From: Alphaproteobacteria bacterium
GTDB lineage: Bacteria > Pseudomonadota > Alphaproteobacteria > CALKHQ01
DNA length: 64,000 nt
Reading direction: 5' to 3'
NCBI GenBank assembly: GCA_965227515.1
Contig: CBDDFZ010000002.1
Coordinates: forward strand, 576,001-640,000
Notes under the pieces: generated by a model
Database searches by the model: none
Told to the model about the DNA's origin: nothing
The model's input: only the letters and a program-made list of their open reading frames with translations
Part shown: in pieces, positions 28,793 to 38,109 of the stretch
Position numbering within the stretch: position 1 is the stretch's first letter
Layout of the letters: each line of letters starts with the position of its first letter
Position numbers and translations under genes: made by a program

Positions 28793-29704
28793 ATGTGCGG
28801 CATCGCCGGCATTCTCTACAAGGACATCGGAGCCAAGCGCAATACGTCTACCGGGCGTGCGCTGATCGACATGCTGGACGGGTGCCAGCATCGCGGTCCC
28901 GACTCCACCGGTTTCGCGCTTTACGGCGACGCAGCACCGGGCCAGTTGCGCATGCGCTTCTTCGTCGGCAGCGGCGACGAGGCCGCGAGCGCCATCCAGC
29001 GCATCAAGGACCTGTTGGCCGAGCGCGGCGCCGAGATCGTCGAGGACGAGGTCATCGGCAACAACTACCGCGTGCTGATGGCGTTCGACGGCGATCTGCA
29101 GAAGCTGGCCTATGACGTGGAGCACGCCGCCAAGGTGATCTCCATCGGCACTTCGCTGGAAATCATCAAGGATATCGGCGGCGCGCACGACGTTGACGAT
29201 GTCTATCACGTGCAATCGTTTTCAGGCACGCACGGGCTGGGCCATGTGCGGCTGGCGACCGAGAGCGACGTGAAGCCGGAAGCGGCGCATCCGTTCTGGG
29301 CCACCGGCTTCGCCGACATCGCCATCGTCCACAACGGCCAGATCACCAACTACTGGAAGATGCGCCGCCGGCTGGAGCAGCGCGGCTTCGAATTCCACAC
29401 CGACAATGACTCAGAACTGATCGCGGTCTATCTCGCCGACAAGCTGCAACAGGGCATCGCGCTGGAAGAGGCGCTGAAGACCTCCATCGACGATCTGGAC
29501 GGTACGTTCTCGTTCCTGGTCTCGACCAAGGACGAGATCGGCTATGCCAAGGACCGCCTCGCGGTGAAGCCGATGGTCATGTACGAGACCGACGACATGA
29601 TCGCGATCGCGTCGGAGGAGGTGTCGCTGAACAAGCTCTTCCCCGGCATGGCGCTGGACACCACCGAGCCGGCCCCCGGCACCTACCGTACCTGGCACCG
29701 GTAG
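28793..29704 (+). CDS. Class II glutamine amidotransferase (GlxB/GltB1-like)
   Basis: N-terminal MCGIAG, HRGPDSTG, GHVRLATES, AHPF, VHNGQITN, TDNDSE. Confidence 0.9.
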   Translation: MCGIAGILYKDIGAKRNTSTGRALIDMLDGCQHRGPDSTGFALYGDAAPGQLRMRFFVGSGDEAASAIQRIKDLLAERGAEIVEDEVIGNNYRVLMAFDGDLQKLAYDVEHAAKVISIGTSLEIIKDIGGAHDVDDVYHVQSFSGTHGLGHVRLATESDVKPEAAHPFWATGFADIAIVHNGQITNYWKMRRRLEQRGFEFHTDNDSELIAVYLADKLQQGIALEEALKTSIDDLDGTFSFLVSTKDEIGYAKDRLAVKPMVMYETDDMIAIASEEVSLNKLFPGMALDTTEPAPGTYRTWHR

Positions 29705-29772
29705 GGCTCAAGTGAAAGTGCGGGACTCCCAGTGGCTCGGCTGTGCGCGTGACCGGTCACGTTATTCTGTTT

Positions 29773-29859
29773 CGTCATGCTCGGGCTTGTCCCGAGCATC
29801 CACGTCTTGGCAACACCTGATCAAAGACGTGGATGCCCGCAACAAGTGCGGGCATGACG
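29773..29859. repeat. Family A palindromic repeat, inverted orientation, within the glutamate-synthase-like cluster
   Basis: Reverse-complement arrangement of the copy at 1174. Confidence 0.9.
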
Positions 29860-29887
29860 GTTCTGTCAAATTCAGTCACGACAACTC

Positions 29888-31873
29888 ATGACCACCAAGA
29901 CAATCGACCTGGCCAAAGTCCCCGTGCGCGAGGCGAACGTGCTGATGCGCGAGATCGCGGCCGCTGGCGACGACATCGAGATCGTCAATCCCGACGCGCG
30001 CCACCACATCGGCGTCGGGCTCACCGTGCCCCATGACGCGCCGAATACGGTGAAGGTGCGCGGGTCCGCCGGCTACTTCTGCGCCGGGCTCAGCGACGGC
30101 GTGCGCTTCGAGGTCGACCACAATGTCGGCTGGGGCCTGGCCGACAACATCTATAACGGCAGCGTCGTCGTCGGCGGCAATGCCGGCGCCATCGCCGGTG
30201 TCGCCATTCGCGGCGCCGAGGTAGTGGTGAAGGGCAACATCGGCAGCCGCGCCGGCCAGGTGATGAAGGCCGGGACCCTGCTGTGCTGCGGCAACGCCAA
30301 TTTCATGGCCGGCTACATGATGTATGGCGGGCGCATCATCATCCTGGGCAACTCCGGCGAGCAGGTCGGCGAAGATATGTCGGCGGGCGACATCTATGTC
30401 GCGGGAGAGGTGCAGTCGCTTGGCTCCGACGCCGAGCTGACCGACCTGCCGGCCGCCGAGCTGGACGATATTCGCGCGTTCCTGGATCGCTACAAGATCC
30501 CGTTCAGCGGCACCTTCCAGAAGGTGCAGAACGCCGGCACCAAGCTACGCTACGGCACCGCCGAGCCGCAGGTGCGCTCGATCCCGTTCTTTTCGTTCTC
30601 CGGCAAGACCGACTACTGGAATACCAAGGTCCAGGAGGACGTCTATATCAAGTCGCAGATCGGCCGGTACCGCATCCGCGGCTATGGCGGCGCGCGCGCC
30701 CTGCCGCATATGTCCGACCTGGCGTTCAGGAAGCCCGTGGTCGCAGAGACGATCCCGTCTAACGTGATCGAGAAGGTCGGCATGTACACCGAGATCGGCG
30801 GCATCAACGGCGCCGATCCGCTGAAGCTGTCGATGCCGGTGATGGTGGCGCCGATGAGCTATGGCGCGCTGTCGGCATCGACCAAGCGCGCCATCGGCAT
30901 GGCGTCCACCCTGTCGAAGATCGCAGAGAACACCGGCGAGGGCGGCATGTCCGACGCCCAGCGCGGCGCCGCCGAGCAGCTTATCTTCCAGTGCCTGGGC
31001 GGGCGCCTGGGCTGGAACATCCACGACATGAAGCGGGCCGACGGCCTGGAAATATACATCAGCCAGGGCGCCAAGCCAGGCCTGGGCGGCCAGTTGATGG
31101 CCAAGAAGGTGACGCCGGAGCTGGCGCGCATTCGCGGCATCCCGCCGGGCATCGACCTGCGCTCGCCGTCTCGCCACCCGGACATCCTGGGCGCCGACGA
31201 CCTGGTGATCAAGGTGCAGGAGTTCCGCGAGGCGACGGGATACAAGCTGCCGGTCTCGGTCAAGCTGGGCGCGGGCCGGGTGCGCGACGACATCAAGATC
31301 GCGACCAAGGACGAGTTCGATTTCGTCGAGCTGGACGGTATGCAGGGGTCGACCGGCGCCGGCTCGGCGGAGGTGCTGGAATATGTCGGTATCCCGACGC
31401 TGGCCGCGATCATCGAGGCGATCGAGGCGCTGGAGGAAATCCATGCGCGCGACAAGATCCAGCTCGTGCTGATGGGGGGCTTGCGCGACGGCATCGACGC
31501 CGTGAAGTCGCTGTGCCTGGGCGCCGACGCGGTGGCGTTCGGCACCGCCACTATCATCGCCGGCGGCTGCATCGCCTGCATGCAGTGCCATATCGGCCAG
31601 TGCGTCACCGGCATCGCCACCCAGGACCCGGCGCACGAGAGCCGCTACAAGCCGGACGTGGAGGCGCAGAACATCCATCGCTTCTTCGAGAGCGTGCGCT
31701 GGCAGATCGCCGCCATCACCGATGCGCTGGGCCATGACAGCGTCACCAAGCTGGGCCGCGACGACCTGGTCGCGCTGACGCCGGAGGCGGCGGCCATCAC
31801 CGGCCTGCCCTACGAGCCGGAGCACCGCGACCTGACCGGCGACATCGCCATCCAGGCCGGGCAAGTGTCATGA
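29888..31873 (+). CDS. Fusion of a GXGXG beta-helix domain and an FMN-binding glutamate synthase domain (GlxC+GlxD-like)
   Basis: N-terminal G-rich repeats (GSAGYFCAG, GNAG, GNIGSRAG, M-GG-I); PMSYGALS, NTGEGG, QGAKPG-GG-L, PVSVK, DG-QG-TG, CIACMQCHIGQC-TGIATQDP Fe-S motif. Confidence 0.9.
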   Translation: MTTKTIDLAKVPVREANVLMREIAAAGDDIEIVNPDARHHIGVGLTVPHDAPNTVKVRGSAGYFCAGLSDGVRFEVDHNVGWGLADNIYNGSVVVGGNAGAIAGVAIRGAEVVVKGNIGSRAGQVMKAGTLLCCGNANFMAGYMMYGGRIIILGNSGEQVGEDMSAGDIYVAGEVQSLGSDAELTDLPAAELDDIRAFLDRYKIPFSGTFQKVQNAGTKLRYGTAEPQVRSIPFFSFSGKTDYWNTKVQEDVYIKSQIGRYRIRGYGGARALPHMSDLAFRKPVVAETIPSNVIEKVGMYTEIGGINGADPLKLSMPVMVAPMSYGALSASTKRAIGMASTLSKIAENTGEGGMSDAQRGAAEQLIFQCLGGRLGWNIHDMKRADGLEIYISQGAKPGLGGQLMAKKVTPELARIRGIPPGIDLRSPSRHPDILGADDLVIKVQEFREATGYKLPVSVKLGAGRVRDDIKIATKDEFDFVELDGMQGSTGAGSAEVLEYVGIPTLAAIIEAIEALEEIHARDKIQLVLMGGLRDGIDAVKSLCLGADAVAFGTATIIAGGCIACMQCHIGQCVTGIATQDPAHESRYKPDVEAQNIHRFFESVRWQIAAITDALGHDSVTKLGRDDLVALTPEAAAITGLPYEPEHRDLTGDIAIQAGQVS

Positions 31874-31883
31874 GCCCCAAGTC

Positions 31884-34403
31884 ATGAGTAACGTCTACAA
31901 CGTGAACCGCATCGACACGCCCGACGTGCCGCCGGACTACGAGGACCACGTGCGCGAGGCGCATTACGTGCCCGCACCCTGTCAGGTGGCGTGCCCGGTC
32001 GGCACCGACGCGCCGTCCTACCTCGCCTATATCTGGGAGGAGGAGTGGGAGAAGGCGTTCGAGGCGATCACCGCCACCAACCCGTTCTCCTCGATCTGCG
32101 GGCGGGTGTGCGACGCGCCGTGCGAGCCGGCTTGCCGCCGCGCCCAGTCCGATGGGCCGGTCGCCATCCGCAACCTGAAGCGGGTGGTGATGGACAAGCT
32201 GGGCAAGGAATGGCGCCCGCCGCAGCACCCGGTCACCCAGAGCCAGACCATCGGCATCGTCGGCGCCGGGCCGGCCGGCCTGACCGCCGCCCACGACCTC
32301 GCCGTCGCCGGCTACAAGGTCGACGTCTACGAGATGTCGGACCGCCCCGGCGGCATGATGATCTGGGGCATTCCCGGCTTCCGCTGCCCGGCGGATGTGA
32401 TCCAGGAGGACATGGACCGCCTGTTCCACAAGTGTCCCGGCATCACGCTCCACCTGAACACGTCGCTGGGCAGCGACGTCACGCTCGATGAGCTGAAGCA
32501 GCGCCATGACGCCGTGCTGCTGACCATCGGCTCGTGGTGGGGCAAGCCGATGGGCATCCCCGGCGAGGACGACGAGCGCGTGGTCGACGGCGTTTCGTTC
32601 CTGCGCCGCATCAATGCCGGCGAGCGGCCGGAACTGCCGGAGACTGTGGTGGTGGTCGGCGGCGGCGACGTGGCGATGGACGCCTGCCGCGCGGCACTCC
32701 GCATGCCCGGCTGCGAGAAGGTGAAGGTCGTCTATCGGCGCGGGCCCGACGAGATTCCGGCGCGCAAGGACGAGCTTGAGGGCGCGCTGAAGGAAGGCAT
32801 CGAGTTCGTCTACAACACCCAGCAGATGGCGGTCGCGCCCGACGGCAACGGCCTGGCGCTGACGTGCGTGCGCACCGAGATGGGCGCGCCCGATCCCGAG
32901 GACGGCCGCCGCCGCCCGGTGGTCGTCGAGGGGTCGGAGCACGACATCGCCTGCGGCATGGTGATCGCCGCCGTCGGCCAGACCGCCGCCTCCGACGAGC
33001 TTGCCGGCCATGGCCTGATGGCGAGCGACCGGGTTGCGACCGAATGGGACGGCATGCGCACCGGCGACCCCAAGGTCTTCGCCGCCGGCGACGGCGCCTT
33101 CGGCGGGTCGACCATCGTGATGGCGATGCAGCACGGCCAGCGCGCGGCGTACTATGTGCGCCAGTTCCTGAATGGCGTCGACGCCCCGCTGCCCTACCGC
33201 ACGCCGTGGCGCACCCGCCGCGTGCGGATGGCCGAGGACATCATGTGGGAGCGTTTCCCGCGCCAGGAGCAGGAGTTCCATGGCGTCGGCGAGAACCCGG
33301 CCGCGTTCCCGGAGATCGAGAGCGGCTACGACGTCGCGACCGCGCGGGCCGAGGCGGCGCGCTGCTATCGCTGCGACGCCGAGACCGGCTCCAGCGACTA
33401 TGCGGTCGCCCATCGCGAGGACATCTTCTCGATGGCGCGCACCAACCCCATCGACGTGCGCAAGAACAAGGCGATGCTGGCCAAGCGCCTGGCGCCGCGC
33501 GCCAATCCTTTCCCGGAGGCGCGGCCGGCCAGCATGGACGACCTGGTTTTCCTGCCGGCGAACCTGTCGCGGCTGGTGATCGACCCCTATCGCGAGGCCT
33601 GCCGCGTCGACACCGACCTCGGCGGCCGCTACGAGTTGGCTCGCCCGTTCATGGTCGGCGGCATGGACGACCTGCCGGAGCAGGTCTGGACGGGTCTTGC
33701 GCAGGGCTTGCAAAAGGCGGGCACGCCCTATGTCGGCGCCCGCAACCCGGGTGTTGGCGTCGACTGGTTCCAGGTCGTCTCGCCGCGCGATACCGCATCG
33801 GCGGACGCCGCGGCCGTGCTGTTCCAGCCCGGCGCCAAGCCCGTGCGCGGCCGTGACGGGCAGCTTTTGGGGCTTGTCATCGACGACCCGGCGGCGGTGG
33901 CCGACGCGGTGCCGGCGGCGTTCGAAGCCGGGTGCGACCTGTTGCTCCTGGACGGCACCGGCTCCATGAACGCCGGCTGGTCCGAGTTGAAGGGCGCGCC
34001 CGACCACTCGATCCTGCGCGAGACCATCCATGTGCTGCGCGACATGAAGCGCGAGGAGCATATCGATCTGGTCTGGTATGGCGGCGCGCGCTCCGGCACC
34101 GATGCCGCCAAGCTGATCGGCATGGGCGCCAAGGCCGTCGTCTACGGCGTGCCGGTGGCGATGGCGATCGGCGGCACCATCACGCCCGACCACCACATGG
34201 CGTTCACCGCCGACCGCAGCGACGAGGACCGCGCCTCGGCGGTGGCGAACCTGATGCAGGCCCATGCCGGCGAGGCGTCGATGATGGCGCGGTGCACCGG
34301 CAAGACCAACCTGATGAACTTGGAGCCGGAGGACCTGCGCGCGATCACCATCGCCACCCACCAGGCGACCGGCATTCCGCTTGTGGGCAAGCACGCGTCA
34401 TAG
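31884..34403 (+). CDS. GltD-like NAD(P)H:FAD/Fe-S oxidoreductase fused to a degenerate glutamate-synthase FMN-barrel domain
   Basis: PCQ-ACP, ICGRVC--PCE--C, GAGPAGL, GGGDVAMD, YRRG, FAAGD, EA-RC-RC; then DDLVFLPANLSRLVIDPYRE-C ... ARCTGK-NL-NLEPEDL. Confidence 0.85.
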   Translation: MSNVYNVNRIDTPDVPPDYEDHVREAHYVPAPCQVACPVGTDAPSYLAYIWEEEWEKAFEAITATNPFSSICGRVCDAPCEPACRRAQSDGPVAIRNLKRVVMDKLGKEWRPPQHPVTQSQTIGIVGAGPAGLTAAHDLAVAGYKVDVYEMSDRPGGMMIWGIPGFRCPADVIQEDMDRLFHKCPGITLHLNTSLGSDVTLDELKQRHDAVLLTIGSWWGKPMGIPGEDDERVVDGVSFLRRINAGERPELPETVVVVGGGDVAMDACRAALRMPGCEKVKVVYRRGPDEIPARKDELEGALKEGIEFVYNTQQMAVAPDGNGLALTCVRTEMGAPDPEDGRRRPVVVEGSEHDIACGMVIAAVGQTAASDELAGHGLMASDRVATEWDGMRTGDPKVFAAGDGAFGGSTIVMAMQHGQRAAYYVRQFLNGVDAPLPYRTPWRTRRVRMAEDIMWERFPRQEQEFHGVGENPAAFPEIESGYDVATARAEAARCYRCDAETGSSDYAVAHREDIFSMARTNPIDVRKNKAMLAKRLAPRANPFPEARPASMDDLVFLPANLSRLVIDPYREACRVDTDLGGRYELARPFMVGGMDDLPEQVWTGLAQGLQKAGTPYVGARNPGVGVDWFQVVSPRDTASADAAAVLFQPGAKPVRGRDGQLLGLVIDDPAAVADAVPAAFEAGCDLLLLDGTGSMNAGWSELKGAPDHSILRETIHVLRDMKREEHIDLVWYGGARSGTDAAKLIGMGAKAVVYGVPVAMAIGGTITPDHHMAFTADRSDEDRASAVANLMQAHAGEASMMARCTGKTNLMNLEPEDLRAITIATHQATGIPLVGKHAS

Positions 34404-34426
34404 GCGAGCAACTTCGCCGCAGGACG

Positions 34427-34771
34427 TCAATTGAGGAAGAAGTATTCTGCAACGGCCTCCGAGGAACCGCCAGGTTCCGTCGGCCGGGCGGGAAACACGT
34501 CCATGGCAGCGTCAATTGCATAATCGACGCTTCCAATGCTGGCGCCACTTGGCCGTGCATCCGCATCTTTGTCGCCGGAGATCAGAGCCAAACCGGGATG
34601 ACCCGAGGTCATCGGCGACACGAACGGCGTCGGGCCTTGGGATGTCAAGCTAGGGGTCGCCGAACCTGGCTGTGCGCGGGAATTCGGGTCGGGTTGCGGC
34701 GGCTCGGCGTCGGCTATTGAGGATCCGACGACAGCGAGAAGCGTGACAATTGTCATAGCGATGCTGCGCAT
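34427..34771 (-). CDS. Hypothetical secreted protein
   Basis: GGAG RBS, signal-peptide-like N-terminus, Pro/Ser-rich; no recognisable domain. Confidence 0.5.
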   Translation of the reverse strand: MRSIAMTIVTLLAVVGSSIADAEPPQPDPNSRAQPGSATPSLTSQGPTPFVSPMTSGHPGLALISGDKDADARPSGASIGSVDYAIDAAMDVFPARPTEPGGSSEAVAEYFFLN

Positions 34772-34920
34772 GATGGTGGCTCCGGTGTCGATCGAACAAT
34801 CTGCCGTCCATACCGGGTTGGTCGTCGTGAGGCCTTATTCGGTTCACATTTCCGCCTGAGTGTCGATCCCTGCCCACGATGGCGCTGCGCGGCATGGGCT
34901 GGTGCATGCTAAGATGAGGC

Positions 34921-35883
34921 ATGAACGGTCGAACGGAGCCATTGCGGTCAAGAGCTTGCCTGCTTGCGACATTGCTGCTGATTGGGCCGCATGCCATGGC
35001 GCAGGACACGTGGCAGCCGGACGCGTTCGGCACGCCGCCGCAGGTCGGTGACTGCCAGGTCTTCCCGGCGGACAATCCCTGGAACTGGGACATATCCGAC
35101 GCGCCGGTGCACCCGATGTCCGACGCCTATATCGCGTCGATCTCCAACCGTGGGCCGCAGAACCTGCACCCCGATTTCGGCGAGAACCCGGCGTACGGTT
35201 TCCCGTACCAGATCGTCGATGCGCGCCAGCCGCCGGTGCCGATCGTCTTCACCGACTATGCGGACGAAAGCGACCCTGGGCCGTATCCGATTCCGCCCGA
35301 CGCGCGCACCGAGAGCGGTGACGACAAGCACGTCATCGTCGTCGATGGCACGGACTGCATGCTCTACGAGCTCTACCTGGCCGAGCGCGCGGGCGACGGC
35401 TGGACGGCGGCGTCCGGTGCCGTGTTCGACCTCGGCTCCAACGCGCTCAGGCCCATGGGCTGGACCTCGGCCGATGCCGCGGGTCTGCCGATCTTTCCCG
35501 GGCTGGCTCGTTATGAAGAGGTGGCCAGCGGCGAGATCCGTCATGCGCTCAGGTTCACCGTGCAGCAGACCCAGCGCGCGTTCATTCCGCCGGCCACCCA
35601 TTGGGCCTCGCTCAGCGACAACCCGGACCTGCCGCCGATGGGCCTGCGCTTGCGCCTGCGCGCCGATTTCGACATCGCCGCCTACAGCGGGCAGGCGCGC
35701 GTCATCCTGCAGGCGTTGCAGCGCTATGGCATGATCCTGGCCGACAACGGCGCCAACTGGTTCATCTCCGGCGCGCCATCGCCTGACTGGAACGACGCCG
35801 AGCTCAACCAATTGAAGCGGGTGCCGGGCACGGCGTTCGAGGCGGTGCTGACCGGTCCCCTGGTGCGGCCGGGGGATTTTTAG
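34921..35883 (+). CDS. Conserved-looking secreted hypothetical protein
   Basis: Signal peptide; FPADNPWN-DIS--PV, SDPGPYPIP, D-H--V-D---C-LYE, WTSADAAGLPIFPGL, I-HALRFT, PPMG-R-RL, YGMI-ADNG. Confidence 0.8.
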   Translation: MNGRTEPLRSRACLLATLLLIGPHAMAQDTWQPDAFGTPPQVGDCQVFPADNPWNWDISDAPVHPMSDAYIASISNRGPQNLHPDFGENPAYGFPYQIVDARQPPVPIVFTDYADESDPGPYPIPPDARTESGDDKHVIVVDGTDCMLYELYLAERAGDGWTAASGAVFDLGSNALRPMGWTSADAAGLPIFPGLARYEEVASGEIRHALRFTVQQTQRAFIPPATHWASLSDNPDLPPMGLRLRLRADFDIAAYSGQARVILQALQRYGMILADNGANWFISGAPSPDWNDAELNQLKRVPGTAFEAVLTGPLVRPGDF

Positions 35884-35889
35884 TTCAGG

Positions 35890-38088
35890 CTATCGAACGG
35901 CACGCCGCGCCCGCTCCAGCATCTCCGGCAACACATTCAGCACCAGTGCGGCGTCGTCGAAGGCGCCGCGGAGCATCGCCAGCAGATCCTTGGCCACCAG
36001 CACCTGCGGCATTTCCTGTTTCAGCAGCGCCAGGATGTCCCGGTCATACGTGATGCGCCCGTTGAGCGCACCGTGGAGGCGCGCCTTGGCGCCCTTGGCG
36101 GCCTGTAGCTCGGCGGCGATGCCGTAGCCGAGTTCGCCGTGGAACTTGATCTCCTGCAACCCGCCGATCATCGTCTCCAGCAGTTCAAGCGTGATGGCTT
36201 CGGTCTTCGGCGGCATCTTGCCGGTCTGCCAGAACGTGCGCAGCATCTCCACGGCCTGCGACAGCAGCGACTTGGCGGCGTCCTGGGCGGCCCCAGGCAG
36301 TTCGGGCAGCTTCTCGAAGTTCTTCATCGCCTCGGTCGCTTTGGCGATCAGAACCTTCACTGCCGGGTCTGCTTTGATTTCGGCCAGTAACAAATCGCCG
36401 ATCTTGGCCACCATCTGCCGCACAATTTCGCCGGGCAGCAGGAACTTGAACGTCACGAGCCCGACGACGTGAATGCCCCGCTGATCGTAGCCGGGCGACA
36501 GCATGGTGGTGAACGTCTTGAAGCGTGACAACGCGATCGTGTAGTCGCGCCCGATCGTGGATCCGATACCGATCCGGTAGACCATCTTGGTGGTCTCGAT
36601 GGCGGCGACAAAGGTCTCGAGGCTGGCATAGGTCTCGAGGTCGAGCCCCGGCAGCTGCATCGCGGTCTCGTGGGCCGGCCGGTCGTCGGCATCAAGGTCG
36701 CCGGTCTGCAAGTAGACCTCATGATCGACCAGGCTGGTGTTCTTGCGGCTGATGGGCGCCTTGGCTTCCAGGTTGACGCGCAGGCCGGCTGTCGCGTCCA
36801 GATTCAGGCCCGGCAACAGCCCGCCGATCAGCGGCAAGACCGCAGCCAGCGAGACCGCGGAGCGGCCCTCGGCGAAGAATTGGACCTTGGCCTTCTCGAA
36901 TTCGGGCACGCCATCCTTGTCGCGCCCGTATTTGGGCTCGATGACAAGGCCGCCGCCGGCTTCAAGGTTCAGGGTGCCGGAAAGGCTGGCGCGCAGGATC
37001 TGCTGTATCAGGCCGCGGAGATTGAAGATGTACCTCCAGCCCTTCTGCTTGTCGTCGAAGAAGACGAACTCGCGGCTGCTGTCCTCCGTCTTGCCGACCG
37101 TGCGCTTGGCCTTGAAGGTGCGGCGCCGCGGGCGGTATTTGCGGCCGGTCTCGGGATCGACGGTGCGCTCGCCCGTGCGTTCGCCGCGGGTACGCACGCC
37201 GGCCTCCGCCAACGCGCCGCCGCGCGCCGAGAGTTTGCCCTCCAGCTTCAGCTTCTTGCGATAGGGGTCCGGCAGCAGCGTCTTCAGGCTGGTCTCGAAC
37301 ACCGATGCCAGCCGCACCTCATCGTCGACACTGGCTATGAACACCAGCAGCGGAAGCAGGCCGGGGTCCTCGAACACCGGAAACTCGAACTCCTCCTCCG
37401 CACGCAGGACAAGGCTGAGTTGGGCCTGGGCCGCGGCGTTGGCGCCGATGCCCTGGCGCGCGGTGGCACGGTCGATCCGGCGTCCGGCTCCGGCGGTGCC
37501 GAGCTGAATGTAGCCGCCGGCCCCGATGCCGGAGTCGAGGCCACCGTCGACGATGCCTTCGCGCTTGAAGGTGAACTTGGTGGCGGTCGACCGGTAGAAA
37601 TTGAACTTGGCCTCGCCGGTCAGCTGGAACGGAACGCCGAATGTTGCGCCGATGGCGCCGTCCACCGCGAACCCGACGCCGACTTTCCAGTAGCGGTCGA
37701 CGATGCTTCGGGCCCAGGCTGTCGCGGCCTCGCCAGCGCGCTCGAAAAGGTCCTGTGCGTCGCGCTGGTAGCCCGAACGCAGCAGATAGCGCAGCAGCCA
37801 CAGCCATACGTCGACGCCGAACTCGATCGGGCCCGGCAACAGGCCTTTCGATGCGCGCAGCAGGCGGCGGTAGTGCTCCGCCAGCTCGATGTCGAAGCCG
37901 TCCTCGATGCGTCTGCCGCGGCTGGCAGCGGCCGGGTCCGGCAGTGCCGTCCCCTGCCGCGCGACCCCGCGATCTGCGGTTCCCCGATCAGCGGTGCCTG
38001 GATCGAGCGCCAGATCGGCAAGCTGTGGGGCAACCCCGCCGGTGCCGGTCGGCGCCAGCGGGTCCAGTCCGCGCGGGTCCTCGGACAT
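35890..38088 (-). CDS. 732-aa hypothetical protein with a Gly-rich beta-strand core and helical ends; partner of the upstream 1123-aa protein
   Basis: Long ORF with protein-like composition; RBS (GGAAGGA) in the 21-bp gap after the upstream stop; no signal peptide; no family recognised. Confidence 0.8.
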   Translation of the reverse strand: MSEDPRGLDPLAPTGTGGVAPQLADLALDPGTADRGTADRGVARQGTALPDPAAASRGRRIEDGFDIELAEHYRRLLRASKGLLPGPIEFGVDVWLWLLRYLLRSGYQRDAQDLFERAGEAATAWARSIVDRYWKVGVGFAVDGAIGATFGVPFQLTGEAKFNFYRSTATKFTFKREGIVDGGLDSGIGAGGYIQLGTAGAGRRIDRATARQGIGANAAAQAQLSLVLRAEEEFEFPVFEDPGLLPLLVFIASVDDEVRLASVFETSLKTLLPDPYRKKLKLEGKLSARGGALAEAGVRTRGERTGERTVDPETGRKYRPRRRTFKAKRTVGKTEDSSREFVFFDDKQKGWRYIFNLRGLIQQILRASLSGTLNLEAGGGLVIEPKYGRDKDGVPEFEKAKVQFFAEGRSAVSLAAVLPLIGGLLPGLNLDATAGLRVNLEAKAPISRKNTSLVDHEVYLQTGDLDADDRPAHETAMQLPGLDLETYASLETFVAAIETTKMVYRIGIGSTIGRDYTIALSRFKTFTTMLSPGYDQRGIHVVGLVTFKFLLPGEIVRQMVAKIGDLLLAEIKADPAVKVLIAKATEAMKNFEKLPELPGAAQDAAKSLLSQAVEMLRTFWQTGKMPPKTEAITLELLETMIGGLQEIKFHGELGYGIAAELQAAKGAKARLHGALNGRITYDRDILALLKQEMPQVLVAKDLLAMLRGAFDDAALVLNVLPEMLERARRAVR

Positions 38089-38109
38089 TTCCCGGTCCTT
38101 CCGCTGCGA

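Noticed and set aside
28793-31873. Canonical N-methylglutamate synthase (mgsABC) call
   Set aside because: The domains are related, but the fusion pattern, the attached GltD-like gene and the absence of gmaS/mgd genes in the window do not support the name.
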